Source of the DNA: Cirrosporium novae-zelandiae
Taxonomy: Eukaryota
Direction: 5' to 3'
DNA: 64,000 nt
Assembly: GCA_026023565.1 (NCBI GenBank)
Contig: JAPETS010000020.1
Span: 372,001 to 436,000, forward strand
Under the pieces are notes generated by a model. It made no database searches, had not been told where the DNA came from, and was given only the letters and a program-made list of their open reading frames with translations. Each line of letters begins with the position of its first letter. The first letter of the stretch is position 1. Made by a program: the position numbers and the translations under genes. This document shows, piece after piece, positions 48,330-61,099 of the stretch.

Positions 48330-49391
48330 TCAACAGTTCCAACCGCCATCAACAAAAAGGTTGTCACCTGTGATATATGATGCGTGGGGAGATAGAAGGA
48401 AGGCGATTGGATATGCTATCTCCTCCGGACGTGCGATACGGTTCATTATCGTAGCTGTCAGCTTCGGTACGTTATCGACCAGGTCTTTCGTTGGGTTGGG
48501 TATCCTAGAAGTTGTACAAAAGCCCCTACCGTGGAATTCAGTGTGGACCTTTTCGACAATGATTTGCAAGGAAATAGATACGAGACTGATACAAAGGAAA
48601 TAAGATGGCATTGCTCACGGTGAAACAGCATTGATTCTGATACCTGGCCCATATTCCTTTGCCGCTGCTCTGGTTAATCCGATGATGCCATGTTTGACGG
48701 CGGTGTAGGCTTCATTCCTTGGGGCGCCGATATGACTAACGATACTGGATACGTTCACGATGGCGCCTCCAGAGCGCAGATCTCGCAGCTCCGCTCTCAT
48801 TGAGTTCATAACCCCTGTGAGATTTCTCGCTATCACCGTATCCCAAGTCTCGTTATCCAGTGCTGTCAGTGGAACCATCTGTGGAGGTGGATATGCGGAA
48901 GCGTTCACGGCACCATTCAATTTCCCAAACCTTTTAATTGTTGCCTCGATCCAGCTGTTTACGTCCTTTGAATTCTCCACGTCTACCGTTGTCGCAAGGA
49001 TCGCTTCCGGTCCTCCGATTTCTGTAATTTCTGCTTCAGCAGCAGCAAGTTTTGAAGGGGTTCGACCGGTGATGGAGACCTTGGCGCCATAGGACACCAG
49101 GAGTTTAGCTGTTACGAGACCTATCCCGGAGCTTCCTCCTGTAACAGCAAAAACATGGTCCTGGAAGGCGGATTCGTAAGTTGGCGCAAGGGATTTTGTA
49201 TTGTGAAGTTCCTGCGTGGAACCATCATCATGGAAACCGCGGGAAATGTAACTGCCAAGTAAGACTGATTGAGAGGAGTTTGAGAGAAAGGGATTTGATA
49301 TCAGGGGTCTTCGAGCCTTGGTTCCCTTTACTTGAAGACAGATGCGGCGACCGCAAAGACCGACTCTAGATGTCGATGATTGAAAGGCCAT
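48330..49391 (-). CDS. Short-chain dehydrogenase/reductase with presequence-like N-terminal extension (2 exons)
   Basis: VTGGSSGIG, GKLNGAVNAS, AIVNVSS, YTAVK (YxxxK), IRINAVSP|G, YITGDNLFVDGGW; Arg/Ser-rich leader. Confidence 0.85.
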
Positions 49392-51681
49392 GTTTATTTT
49401 TGCCAGTTTCTAACTTCTGGTCGAAGATAGGTCAAAACTGTGATACGGCTGAAAAAAGGTGTAGAACTCGGTAGGAGAACTGGATGGGATGAATCAACGG
49501 GAGCTTGGTTTCTGTTAAATAATACGGTTACCCAATCCTTGATTGCTCAAGGTAATGACAGGTGATGACCTACAAGGTATATAGTATGGCCAGCCAACAC
49601 GGTTTCAACCGAATCGAATGATCTGATACTGTTTGATCCTCCATGATTAAGCTAACCTTTATCTGAGTGCCCCATGATTGTAGGTCTTTTGTTAAAGGTG
49701 GGGCCCCTCAAACGTCCAAGTCTCAATTGCGTAGACCCCAGATTTTGTTAAGGGTGTTCCCGATAAGTCCCGAGGCCGACGGGGAGGAACATACCCTGGG
49801 TGGCTATGAAGAAATAGCATGATGTCGAATATACTCGAGTAGATATCTTGATGGTTTGAAGCACCGGGCGCTTAGTCGACAGGGTATGTAGTCTATACCA
49901 AGCACGGCACGCACACGGGACGGTAATTAGTAGCAACGGGCTAGGCCGCCCCTCCCGAGACTATAGGCTACAACTTCAGCATGTTCCTTCTATCAACTCG
50001 GAAATATTGCATCTGGGATCGAGTAGTAAGGCTATCATCGACGTTTCAACTATGAAGAGGGATGAGAAATGGTTTGTGTTGGCTTTGTTTATTGCATGAT
50101 CTACCTTTTCAATGCTCAAATTTTCCGCTAATAAGGACGTACAATGGGAGCCACAACAATGACCAAATGGGTAACTGACCGATATTTACAGATGGGTTTT
50201 CTACAAGGTAAATTATCTATCATGTGTTGAAGTATTGTGCAAGCCAGCTCAAATTTACTGACAATCAATCTCTCATGGCCTCCGTGATCCTGTCCCGTCT
50301 CGTTTTTATCGACATCGCCAGATCTATCAACAGTTCAAAAGGTGAGGGAGATGGTGTCAAAAATATTTAATAGTAGGTCATAGGGAATTCCTAGATTGCT
50401 TTTAAGGTCGAGAATGCTTGTTGAAATTGTTGAAATTGGCATCGCATTCTTTTAGCAGACCCATACGGCGTCATGGTAGGTCTATCAAGTTCTCGTAACT
50501 AAGGATAGTCATCTCTCCAAGCTTCAGCTGTGTATGGCGTAGCTGGGAGCTCTCGAGTCGATCCATTACTTCATGGTCCAAGCACAGTGCCAATTACCTT
50601 GTGCCTGAGCTAAGCGCCTCCGTTGAGCCCTCGCTGGCCATTGGTTGCTGACCAATGGTGAAGGCCGAGCGCACCCCTAACTACTTTCAATGTCTCAGCC
50701 CAAATAGCTTCATCATCTCTTGTTTACTATGATCGCTATCTAATTTCATCGCACATGAAAGGCATTATCATCAATGCATACTTGCATCTGTCCTAGAGCA
50801 GCTATGTGGTCGTCTATCCATAATGAGCTTCTATCCATAATAACCAGTTAGATTGTATCATATTCCGGTGATATCTCCTCGGTTTGCACCATACAAGCCA
50901 GATCACGCTTATATAAAGCCGCTCTGTATCCTACGATCGGAGATCCAGCATTTCAATTTATTCTTATCCCTCAGTCTTTATGGAAGACTTATCTCCTATC
51001 CGACTTTTGTATTGGCACAGAAAATTCAGTGTGCTATATATATATAACATCTACGTCCCGCTTCGTCCAAGAGGGTACTACGACGGATATAGTAACATGC
51101 TGAGGCTGAGGCAAGCGATACATATTGGGAACAATGAAATGAGATAGAGGAAGTGTGATTCATCTCAAGGTTCATCAAGATTTCAGAAATAGAACTCTAC
51201 GACGTATTTGGATGCTTGAATTCTGGAGTAACCTGGTCTCTAATGGAAAACATAAGACTATTGACCTTATCAGGGCTACATAATAAATACGAGTCTTCGA
51301 CCGCAAACGCAACTGTTTGATATTGATATTCAGGAAAGCTGCAGGTGATAGTCATTCTGATTCCCTCTTCATATTTTTTCTAATCACTTGATTTCAATTA
51401 GAAGAGCATTGACGGAGTGTTCCGGGCTGTGAATTCAAGGGAAATGGTCAGGCTACTTGACATGTGCAAATTATTCCAGGTAGGACAGCATTAAGTACTC
51501 GCGAGTGAATATGATCCTTCTAATGCAGTCGTCATGCAATAGTCCCTGCAGTGTTATCTTGTTTTTGCCGCACCTTCACTAAGGTATAAACAGTTTTTGG
51601 CATAATACGAGTGCCGGTATTCACTTCAATTCGATTTTTTGTCTCCACTCAAACGGGTTTCAACATATATTTTCTTTCTTA

Positions 51682-53190
51682 ATGTTATCCAAGACTCTCT
51701 TGTATATATTTTTATATCTAGAGGCTATGGCTTACAACATAGTTATTCGAGCTACGGCTGTGCTATCAAGTGCTATCAAAAGAACGTATTCCAACATTTC
51801 CAGCAAGCTACATTTTCAAAAGCCGGATATGGAGCAAACAAAGCTTTTGAAACTGTCATCTCTTGACCAATTTATGATTCGTGGGACTGTGCGGCAAATA
51901 CTCTGCTTCCCAGTCAAAAACAGCTCATTAGAGTCTGAGATTGTCGCAACCTTGCAATACGGCCTCGACAAAACGGTCGCGGAACTTCCGTTCTTGGCAG
52001 GCTATGTTCGAAAGGAAGAGGGCACGGCCAACAACTCTGTCGAAGTAGTGTATCGGCATGGAGATTCTGTCAAGCTAAAGGTAAAAGATCTCAAGGACCT
52101 GATGATGCCGTATCAGAAACTCGCAGCACTGAGGATGCCCATGTCAGAGCTCCGGGCAGAGCTGGTCTCCCCGATGCCAAACATGCCGGATCCCACTAGA
52201 GACAAACATGAAGTGATTGCCGTGCAAGCTAATTTTATCAACGGAGGCCTCCTCCTCAGCATCTGCATCCACCATTCCGTATTCGACGGAATCGGATTCG
52301 GAAACGTGATCAAAATACTAGCAAACAATTGCCAAAGTGTAGGCGAACTCGACACCGTTGCGGTCCGAACCGAACATCTGGACCGAACGGCACTAACGCA
52401 CGGCCTTCAGCCCACCGAGCCCCCCTGCGCGCTCCCGATGCTCGAAATCAAAAATCAAATCATCATCCTCGAAAACCCAAAGGACATCCCTGTAGCCTCT
52501 ATGCTCTTCCACTTTACAGCTCCAAAACTCGCACAGCTAAAACGAGCAGCAACCCCTCACCGCTCTTCTTCCGCCACCGCCTGGATTTCCACCAACGACG
52601 CCCTCTGCGCCTTCCTCTGGCAGAGAATCACGCTGGCCCGTTCCCTCCACCTCTCCCCAACCATTTCTACCAAACTCACCTTCGCCATAAACGGGCGCCC
52701 GCGCCTAACACCCCCTCTCCGGCAAACCTACCTCGGCAACGTCGCCTTAAACAACTACACCCACACCCCCGACATCCGAACGCTAATCAGCCAACCCCTC
52801 TCCACAACCGCCCTCGCAATCCGCTCCGCCCTCAATGCCGTCACACCCAACTACATCCGCACTACCATATCCTACATAAACTCCGTCCGCGACGTAAACC
52901 TCCTAAAGCCATGCATGCACAATATCCTCGGGCCCGACTTGTTCGTATCGAGCTGGGCGGAATTTGGCGTCTACGAAGCAGATTTTGGGAGACGGCTAGG
53001 AAAATGCGAGTGGGTGAGATGTCCGTGGCGGGCGTTGGATGGCACGGTGAAGATTTTGCCGAAGAGGATAGCAACTATGGGCGGGGGAGATGAGGGGTTG
53101 GAGGTTAATGTTGAGTTGAGGAAGGATGATTTGGACAGGTTGGTTGGAGATCCCGTGTGGGAGATGTATGCGGGTGAGGGGATTGTTTGA
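51682..53190 (+). CDS. CoA-dependent acyltransferase (transferase family, Tri101-like), intronless
   Basis: LSSLDQ, ELPFLAG, AVQANFINGGLLL, HHSVFDG (HxxxD), ISTNDALCAFLW, YLGN, SSWAE..YEADFG. The true start may be the downstream ATG at 51829 (MEQTK). Confidence 0.88.
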   Translation: MLSKTLLYIFLYLEAMAYNIVIRATAVLSSAIKRTYSNISSKLHFQKPDMEQTKLLKLSSLDQFMIRGTVRQILCFPVKNSSLESEIVATLQYGLDKTVAELPFLAGYVRKEEGTANNSVEVVYRHGDSVKLKVKDLKDLMMPYQKLAALRMPMSELRAELVSPMPNMPDPTRDKHEVIAVQANFINGGLLLSICIHHSVFDGIGFGNVIKILANNCQSVGELDTVAVRTEHLDRTALTHGLQPTEPPCALPMLEIKNQIIILENPKDIPVASMLFHFTAPKLAQLKRAATPHRSSSATAWISTNDALCAFLWQRITLARSLHLSPTISTKLTFAINGRPRLTPPLRQTYLGNVALNNYTHTPDIRTLISQPLSTTALAIRSALNAVTPNYIRTTISYINSVRDVNLLKPCMHNILGPDLFVSSWAEFGVYEADFGRRLGKCEWVRCPWRALDGTVKILPKRIATMGGGDEGLEVNVELRKDDLDRLVGDPVWEMYAGEGIV

Positions 53191-53299
53191 GTACTCATAC
53201 TTTGGTTATATTTCATTTTAGATGGATGTTGGACCCGTGGTGCATGGTGCGTGGGATAGATACAGCTTTTGTTTCTCATTCCAGGGGCTTATTATATGT

Positions 53300-54300
53300 A
53301 TGGTACACACTCTCGAAGAGGAGTTTTTTTTTTTTTTTTTCTATAGAGTTTGGGATTTAGAATTTAGGATTTGGTGTAGGGTAGAAAGGGGGTGGATGGA
53401 TGGGGGATATACAGATCGGGAGGGGGGGGTATGTATTGCGTATTGCGCATGGGGGACATCATACGATATCAGATATAAAAAACTTACACCACATGGAGAT
53501 TTCATTATTTTATCATCCACGATAAAAAAACATAAGTTTTAATCTCTAGTCTAACTATTAATGATCTATAAATATATCAAACTTGAAATAAAACTGAAGC
53601 TGTTTCTTTTTTTGGGGGGGCAGTCTAGTGTTGTGAATAGATTCCACGGACCAAATAGGACGGTTCTTGTAGACCTTGGTCTAAACCGAAAACTTGGAAC
53701 CTTTTTAATCTACCCCCCCAAGGTTTATCTATTCTATTTATTCTATCCTATTTGTTTAGTCCATCACCCTTCTCCGTACATAAACAATATATATATATCT
53801 ATAAGATGGATGAATGGATAGATGGATAGGAAAAAATGGTGAGAGATTCATTCATTTATTTATTCATTTGTTTGTTTGTTTGTTTGTTTGTTTGCCGCCA
53901 GCTTTACTAAAAGATTTAAAAGGGGTGGGTTAGTTAGCAATCAATACCTATAATTAAACATTAGACATATATATATCAATAGAATATATAATTATATACA
54001 GCTGTCCTGAAATCCCATCAATCTATAATATCTTATAATTTCCTTCAAAGTTTTTTTTTTTTCTTATGATTATTTGTTTATTTGTGGGGGGCTTATAGGA
54101 CTTGGACGTTACGTAACATATATATATATATATTTCCTATAATGATATCTTGAACCACCTCCGCCATCTATCTATCTATTTATCCGTCCCACGGTACAGT
54201 AGTGTGCTGCTGTCTACTAGCAGAATGAATATCCCATTATCATTATCATTAGCTTCTTTATTTCACCAACCACCACCATCCAACCCCCCCATCTCCATCT
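53300..54300. repeat. Low-complexity AT-rich spacer with microsatellites
   Basis: poly-T, (GATG)n, (TTTG)n, (TA)n between convergent acyltransferase and MFS genes. Confidence 0.75.
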
Positions 54301-54317
54301 CCATCTCCATAACCCCC

Positions 54318-56619
54318 TCACCTCACCCCACCTCCTTCTCCATCCCCAACCTCTCCCAAAATCCCATAATACCTCCCCGCACACCTCCTCCTCCACTCCT
54401 TCCCCCTCACAACCGCCCACCCCGCCGCCCCCATCGCCCCCAGAACCAAAATCCCAAAAATAAAAAACGTCCACCCGTACCCCACGCCCTCGATGATCGG
54501 TTGCACGGAATACGATACCCCGAAGTTGATTACCGAGGAGTAGATTGCTAGGAGCGTTACTAGGGACGCGGAGACCTTCGGGGGGGGGAAGAGTTAGATG
54601 GTTAGATGGTATGGGATAGGATAGGGAGGGGGGGTGGACGTACACCGGGGAAACATTCCATTGCATATGCGGTGGCGACTGTGCAGGCGAGGACTTGGTG
54701 GGCGGTCATGCATAAGATTCCGAGGGTTATGGTTGGCCAGGGGAGGTGGCTTTGGGCGCCGAAGCCGTAGAGGAGGTACTGTGGGTTGGGGGTTGGGTTG
54801 GTTAGTTAGGGAATGAATGGAATGGATGGAGAGGGGGAAGGAAGGAGGAGCTATATATATAGCTTACCCCGAGAGGCACTAAGATAACACTGATGCTCAG
54901 GACGTAGAGGCGCATTTCCGGCTCCTTGACGCCGCCGTTCCGACGCGCGATGTGGATGACAAGGTGATCGCTTAGTGCTCCGAGGGCCCAGCCGATTATG
55001 TTTCCGATCACGGCGGCGAGGAAGGAGAGACCGGTTTTTGTGGTGCTCCAGTTGTAGGGGGGCGCGGTGAGGATCTCGGAGATGGTGTTGAAGGATACGA
55101 TGCCTTTGAAGAGGTGGGTTAGTATTGGGGGTTAAGTTAGTCATGATGATGTACCTGCTGTAGAGCCAAAGGCAAAGATGAATCCAGCCTAGGTGGGTTA
55201 GTGTTAGTACGTATTACTGGGGGTAGAGAGGGGGATGGGAGGGGTACGATGATGATGTTGGGAAAGGTGGCTAGTAAAAACGGCCGGCGGAAGTACTGCC
55301 AAAATGTCGTTCTGTTTTGTGGATAATAGGTCCACAGTTTCAGCAGCTCAGCGTATGATCTCTTGGGAAATTTATCAGAGGATGTCCAGTAGGAGTCAGG
55401 TTGAGCCTGAGGAGCATTGGAGCTGTCGTTCTCGTTCCCGAGCGGAGCTGTCGATGCAATGTCACCACCCTTGGCAGTCTTTCCGTTATGCAGCTCACGG
55501 GTGGATTCATCGCTGTCTTGGCTTGTTCGGCCAATGATGACAGGTACTTCCGAGGAAAACAGAAAGCGAGGAAACAGGGTTTCCTCAAAGGAGAAAATGA
55601 AAAGTAGGAGGACAACGGCACCGATGATGGCGACAATATATTCGCCCCAACGCCATCCCACTGTATCAGCAATCTTTCCGCCCGTAATTAGGCCCAGGCT
55701 ATAAATCACTTAGTGTCGAGTTTATGTTACTGGTATGAAGAATACCAACTTACATCGCACCAAGCTGCTGCCCTGATATGTATACAGAAAGCATACGGCC
55801 CCGGTCATGAACGAAGAACATATCGAATACCTTTCACACTACCGTCAAGAGCTACATATCAACACAACATCAATCAGAAACTAACCGACAGTTGGACGAC
55901 TGCTTCATATGCGCTTGTTCCGATTCCACCAAAGAAATTAGTGGCAAACCACTGTCCCGTTCCATGAAATTTACCAACCCAGATGCTATTGCACATGACG
56001 ATGATCATCGTGATAAGAAATACCGGCCTTCTTCCGATTTTATTTGCGGTAGGTATCCACCATATGTTGACGAAGCCCTACCATCTAGATTAGGGCAAGA
56101 GTAGGCAGGTGGCTAGATTTCAGCTTAATACTAGGAGAAGGAAATTCAACGAACTGCCGCCGTTCATGTTCGTTAAAGATACGCCTGTTTCTTTACTGAT
56201 TTCTGTCCAGGCAGCTGCAGTGCAATTGCGTCAGCGATATCAATGGGGTTACGCCGTAGCTAGCAGTTTACCTCCAAGGAGATTCTCAGAATATGAGAAG
56301 AGGCATGCGTAGAGAGCAACCAAGAAGAGTTGATAGTATTTCTTCCATTTTGGCCAGGCCTGGAGTGGATGGTTAGTACAAGGGTCGGAGGGGAAAGCAT
56401 GTCGGCTAAAGCTACCAGAGGGTCGCGACCACAGTCGGTGGGTGGTGGAATTAGGATGATATCGGAGAAGCCAGTTCCTATATGGGAAGCATCATGTGAA
56501 CGATTTACTAGTGGTTAGATCAGCAATAGACTACTTGGGAAATGCGGTAGCTTATTATCCTCACTATCGACTAATAGTTCCGTTCCTGGGACGGCTTCAT
56601 CTAGGGAACTGGTTGACAT
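54318..56619 (-). CDS. MFS transporter, HOL1-like, many introns
   Basis: MSTSSLDEAVPGTELLVD, ILIPPTDCGRDPL..WPKWKK, WIPTANKIGRRPVF, TSAYEAVVQLS, GWRWGEY, FEETLFPR, LTAPPYNWS, ARRNGGVKEPEMRL, GYGWTF..RGKEWRR. Confidence 0.85.
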
Positions 56620-57089
56620 GGCGGAGGTGATGAGAAGCCAGGATGCACCAAATGGAAACAAAACAAAAAAAGTTAGAAATAAATAGACAATGGTATGAAG
56701 TTCGCTACAATTATAGTTTCATAGGTGACTTATCTTTCGATCCTCATTGGGGAAACGAGGAAGTCCGAAGAATATATACACGTGATGAGATAAGAGATGC
56801 AGGGTCTGGCGATAACTGATTGTTCTCGAGTACTTGGTACTACTTGGCAGGTATTTCAGAGCCTGTCACTCACTTCTGCGCATCCATGACATCATAGAAT
56901 CACAAGGATTTGCTAACAGCTATCCTAGATTTCAGGACAGACATATGATGCGCTTAACTCCGATCAAGGTCAATCATACTTACTACTTTAAGATCATCAT
57001 TGCTGGAAGGACCTTGAATTTTATATCAATGAAAAGTCCTCGGTATCCAGGAGTGATGTAGCAGTGTAAATGTCAGTATCGTTGAAGTA

Positions 57090-57621
57090 TTACATAATAA
57101 AAAAAGCCATAAGAAATGAACAGAAGAAGGAACTGTCCGGCACATTATTATAGACCCATATGATCCGTTCAGTGGATATGGATGGGGGTTCCCATTCCGA
57201 GTCTGGGTCATCAACATCAAATGAGATATTATCCATTACCCTAAGAAAGAACTTCTCAATCATGCATCCTGGGAGCGTTATAAATAATCCGGTGATTTGG
57301 AGCAGGTGGGAAACATGCACTAATTGGATGATATTGTCCCAAAGATAGCCAGATGGAACCGTAAAATAGTATTGCAATCCCGCCCATCGAGGGGAATATA
57401 TCCAACAAATTAACCTAGCTATTGCGTCGGGCTGCCCCAAGAAGACGAATAATCTTTTCAGGTGCCTGTTTATATCCCCCCACGCACGCCCCGGGGAAGA
57501 AATCGTATCCACATAAAATCGATTCATGGACTGTCAGAGGGGTTTCCTGCGAGCCAACTAAAAGTGGGACTATTGGGCTGCTCAGAATCGACCTAATTGT
57601 ATTGAATTCTTGTTGGTACAT
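57090..57621 (-). pseudogene. BTB/POZ-domain protein, frameshifted
   Basis: ORF 57415..57621 (SILSSPIVPLLVGSQETPLTVHESILCGYDFFPGACVGGYKQAPEKIIRL) continues in another frame near 57440 as QPDAIARLICWIYS...IIWVYNNVPDSSFFCSFL. Together these give the typical fungal BTB pattern. Confidence 0.7.
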
Positions 57622-58467
57622 TGAAGTGTGGAAAGCTGAAAATCAATTGTGGGAGCAAAAGCTGGGTATTGCAACAGGTCCATGGTTAGCATAGTCCTAA
57701 TGTTGCCATGAGAATAAAACATACTGTTCTTTAGAGAAGAAGAAATGATGGCTTGACTCAGCCGACCATACCATATGTGTGTGGATAGGACATCCCACGA
57801 GGTGGTTTTCAGCAAGGGAGATGTTAATGTTCCGGAAAATTCCGTGCCAAGAATAAGTGGTACGAATAGCATATTTTTCATAGATTTAATTATGTATTTT
57901 TATAAAACATAAATTGATATTATGACCTCCCACCCAATAGTCCTGTGTGCTGTGTAATCATTCCTTGATTATCTCTATTATTAGAGTCTCATCACTATTT
58001 ACTTTCTATGTGGATGGTTAGAATACTGCTTGCATCTTTTATAGTCTAGATGTCTAAACCCAGTCACTTGTACCCCTCTACAGTTCTTGCTTTTGACTTA
58101 ATATCATCAATGCATCCCCGCACTGGTGTAACGAGTTCCAATACCCAAGACACTTTAATACCAATAACCAATGGTCTTCGGTATCCGAATCCATATTCTT
58201 GAGTTACAGAGGCGTTTTATTGATTGGCATAAGACACTCTCTTAATTCTCGCATAAATCTAATGCTCTGCTTATTCGTAGGAAATCGCTCACTTACGCAA
58301 GCTGCTTCATTGCTTGATCGTTCATCAAGGGCCAGGTTCCCTACTTACAAGTATCTCTATCTCTTCAGACCATTTTCTTCAAATTCTTCATTCTAAAGCT
58401 ATTCTCATCTCAATTTCAAATCTTCTTTATTATATAACCAAGCACCAGCAAGCCATAATCGAGCAGT

Positions 58468-60759
58468 ATGGACCCGTCGTTCCAGGAAAGCCACAAAACA
58501 GACCTGGTAGAGCCAGCTGAGCTACCTGGTTCTTTGCCAACTGCTGAGATTGCTAAAGACGTGGACCATGAAGCCATAGCATCATCCGTATTGAATCGTT
58601 TGAATAACCTTGACGCTGACATACTTACAAACGATGCTCTCTGGCGAGACGCTTTTGCTTTAACAGGAACTCTAAGAACTATCAATGGCGCCAAAAGAAT
58701 CGTCACAGCATGGAAGCACCTTTTTGAAACCAGATCTCCAAGCAAATTTACCTTGATCCCAGAGACTTCAAAAGTTATCTCTGCTACTCCAAAGTCCTCG
58801 TGGATAGATGCCATGTTCTCTTTTGAAACGGCGAAATCGCCAGCTACCACATGCTCAGGGATGATTTCTCTTGTACCTGATGCGGATGGAAATTGGAGAA
58901 TATGGCTTCTACGAACTATGCTTGAGCAACTAACCGGATATCAAGATGTCGACAAGCTTGAACCACAATTGCCAACAACTGACCATAGCACCAATGGAAC
59001 TAATGGATCCTCCGAATGCCAAAAATTTGGTTGTGTTGTGATCGGTGGAGGCCAAGCTGGATTGGCCATGGCCGGCCGTCTAAAGGCTCTTGATATTTCG
59101 TACGTAGTGATCGATCGCAATCCGCTTGTAGGTGACTGTTGGGCTTTGAGGTACGATTCTATTAAGCGTAAGGCTCTACTATCTTATACGTCGAATTTTC
59201 AATGCTTACAGCATATCTTCTAGTCCATACACCAAAGGCTTGGGGTAAGTGTAGCTTATTTTATTGACCCTACTCGGAGCTACGCATATTGATGCACCGG
59301 GTCAGGTACACTCCCGTTCGATGATACCTTTTTACCCGAGGACCCCCTTCTTCTCCCAAAGCAGAATATCATTACAGCCTTCCAGAAGTGGGTTAAGCGA
59401 TATAACATTGTACGTTAACGGCACTCCTACATCCAATTGTTTCGTTACTAAACGTCTGGACTTTGCAGAACATGTGGATGTCTACAACCGTCATGTCTAG
59501 TAGGTGGGATGAGAAAGAAGAGGCCTGGAAAGTACAAATTCAACGAAATGGTGACGAAGAAGTCATATATGCCCACCATCTAGTCTTTGCGATTGGAAGT
59601 GGCTGTGAAATACCTACCCATCCAATTTATCCTAATATGGTCATTCTCATTTCCCCGTTTGACCCATATAGTGTCTAATGTCCTATAGGATCGTTACAAA
59701 GGAATAGTTTTGCATTCAGCTAACTATAAGTCGGCGGTTCAATGGAAAGGGAAAGCTGGGATCATTATTGGATCAGGGAATACGGGTAACATATCCGACT
59801 ACCCAGTATAATAGACGGTTCTTCTAAATTCATCTACGCACAGCGCATGACGTCGCAGATGATATGCTAGATGCGGGTCTTTCGTCCATCACAATGGTCC
59901 AGCGGAGTCCCACATGTATAGTACCCCCCGAGATCCTCTCCAGCAGTGCTAACGCATCCTAGATGTCCTACCAGTCGAATACCTAAACGAATTCTTCGCC
60001 GGTAAGCACCCATACCCATCAGCCTCCCACCCATGCTTTCTAACCCCCACCAGTCTACTACAACGACGACATCCCCACCGAGCTCGCCGATCGGCTCACA
60101 ATGAGCATCCCCCTTTCGATCGGCCGCGTCCTATCAATGAATATGTTAAACGACATGGCAGCCCGCGAGCCGGACCGCTTCGATGCGCTCGAACGCGCAA
60201 ACTTCAAAGTCACACGCTACGGCGACCTCTGGGGCCTTCTCGCAAAATCTTTTGGAAAGCACTACATGGACGTCGGCACTTCAGCGAAAATCGCAAAAGG
60301 CTTAATCAAGATGAAGTCGAATGCCCTACCCGTAGGATACACGAGCGATGGACTGGAGTTCAGCGACGGGGAGAAGATCAAGGCAGACGTGATTTTCTTT
60401 GCGACGGGATTCGGTGGGAATATGCGGGATAGTGTGGCTCAAGTCGTCGGAAGCGAGATCGCAAAGGATCTGAGTGATTGGTGGGGGATTGATGAGGAAG
60501 GGGAGCTGAAGGGAGCTTGGAAGCCTTGTGGTCGTAAGTTCCATGCCAATTCCTTGGATTTTTCCCCATATTCCCCCATTTGAGGCATGGATGATAACTA
60601 ACATTCCCACCCATCGCCTTTATAGATAAAAACATGTGGTACGCCGGCGGAAGCGTAGCCCAAGCCCGCTTCTTCTCCCGATTCATTGCCCTACAGGTCA
60701 AAGCCGAGCTTGTGGGGACCCCATTCGAGGTATATACCAAAGGAGGCCTTAAAAACTAG
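58468..60759 (+). CDS. Flavin-containing monooxygenase (YUCCA/type II FMO-like with N-terminal SnoaL-like extension), many introns
   Basis: ALWRDAFALTGTLRT, WRIWLLRTMLEQL, VIGGGQAG, GDCWALRYDS, VLHSANYKSA..WKGK..IIGSGNT|AHDVADD, HYMDVGTSAKI, ATGF, WYAGGSVAQARFFSRFIALQVKA; stop TAG 60757-60759. Confidence 0.9.
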
Positions 60760-61099
60760 AAGAGGGGGAAATAGGAGTTTTGTTAAATGTGTGAAAGACA
60801 GGTTGGAAACATAACCCTCTCCTTGACGACTTTCATGAACATTTTCTTTTTTTTTTTTGGATTTTTAACGCACCCGTGCCTCCACTCCTCTCTTCAAAGC
60901 AGGTAAAAGATCCTTCTACATTCCCTTATTTCTATTATTTGAGAGAATTAAAACGGTCAACCAACCAATCGGGATATATAACTGTCATTCTTTATATTAG
61001 AGGTATATCAATCGAAATGCAATGTTTTTTTTATGACGATGGTAGTCACAATGAGGCTCATCTTTCTGATATATTTTCTTCTTCGAAGCTCGCTAACGT

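Noticed and set aside
49950..50750. Intron-like signals suggesting a relic gene
   Set aside because: Could not assemble a coherent reading frame or identify a family.
52329..53093. 254-aa Pro/Arg-rich alternative-frame ORF inside the acyltransferase (and similar ones at 9823, 28494, 54150)
   Set aside because: By-product of C-rich third positions suppressing stops in shifted frames; no motifs.
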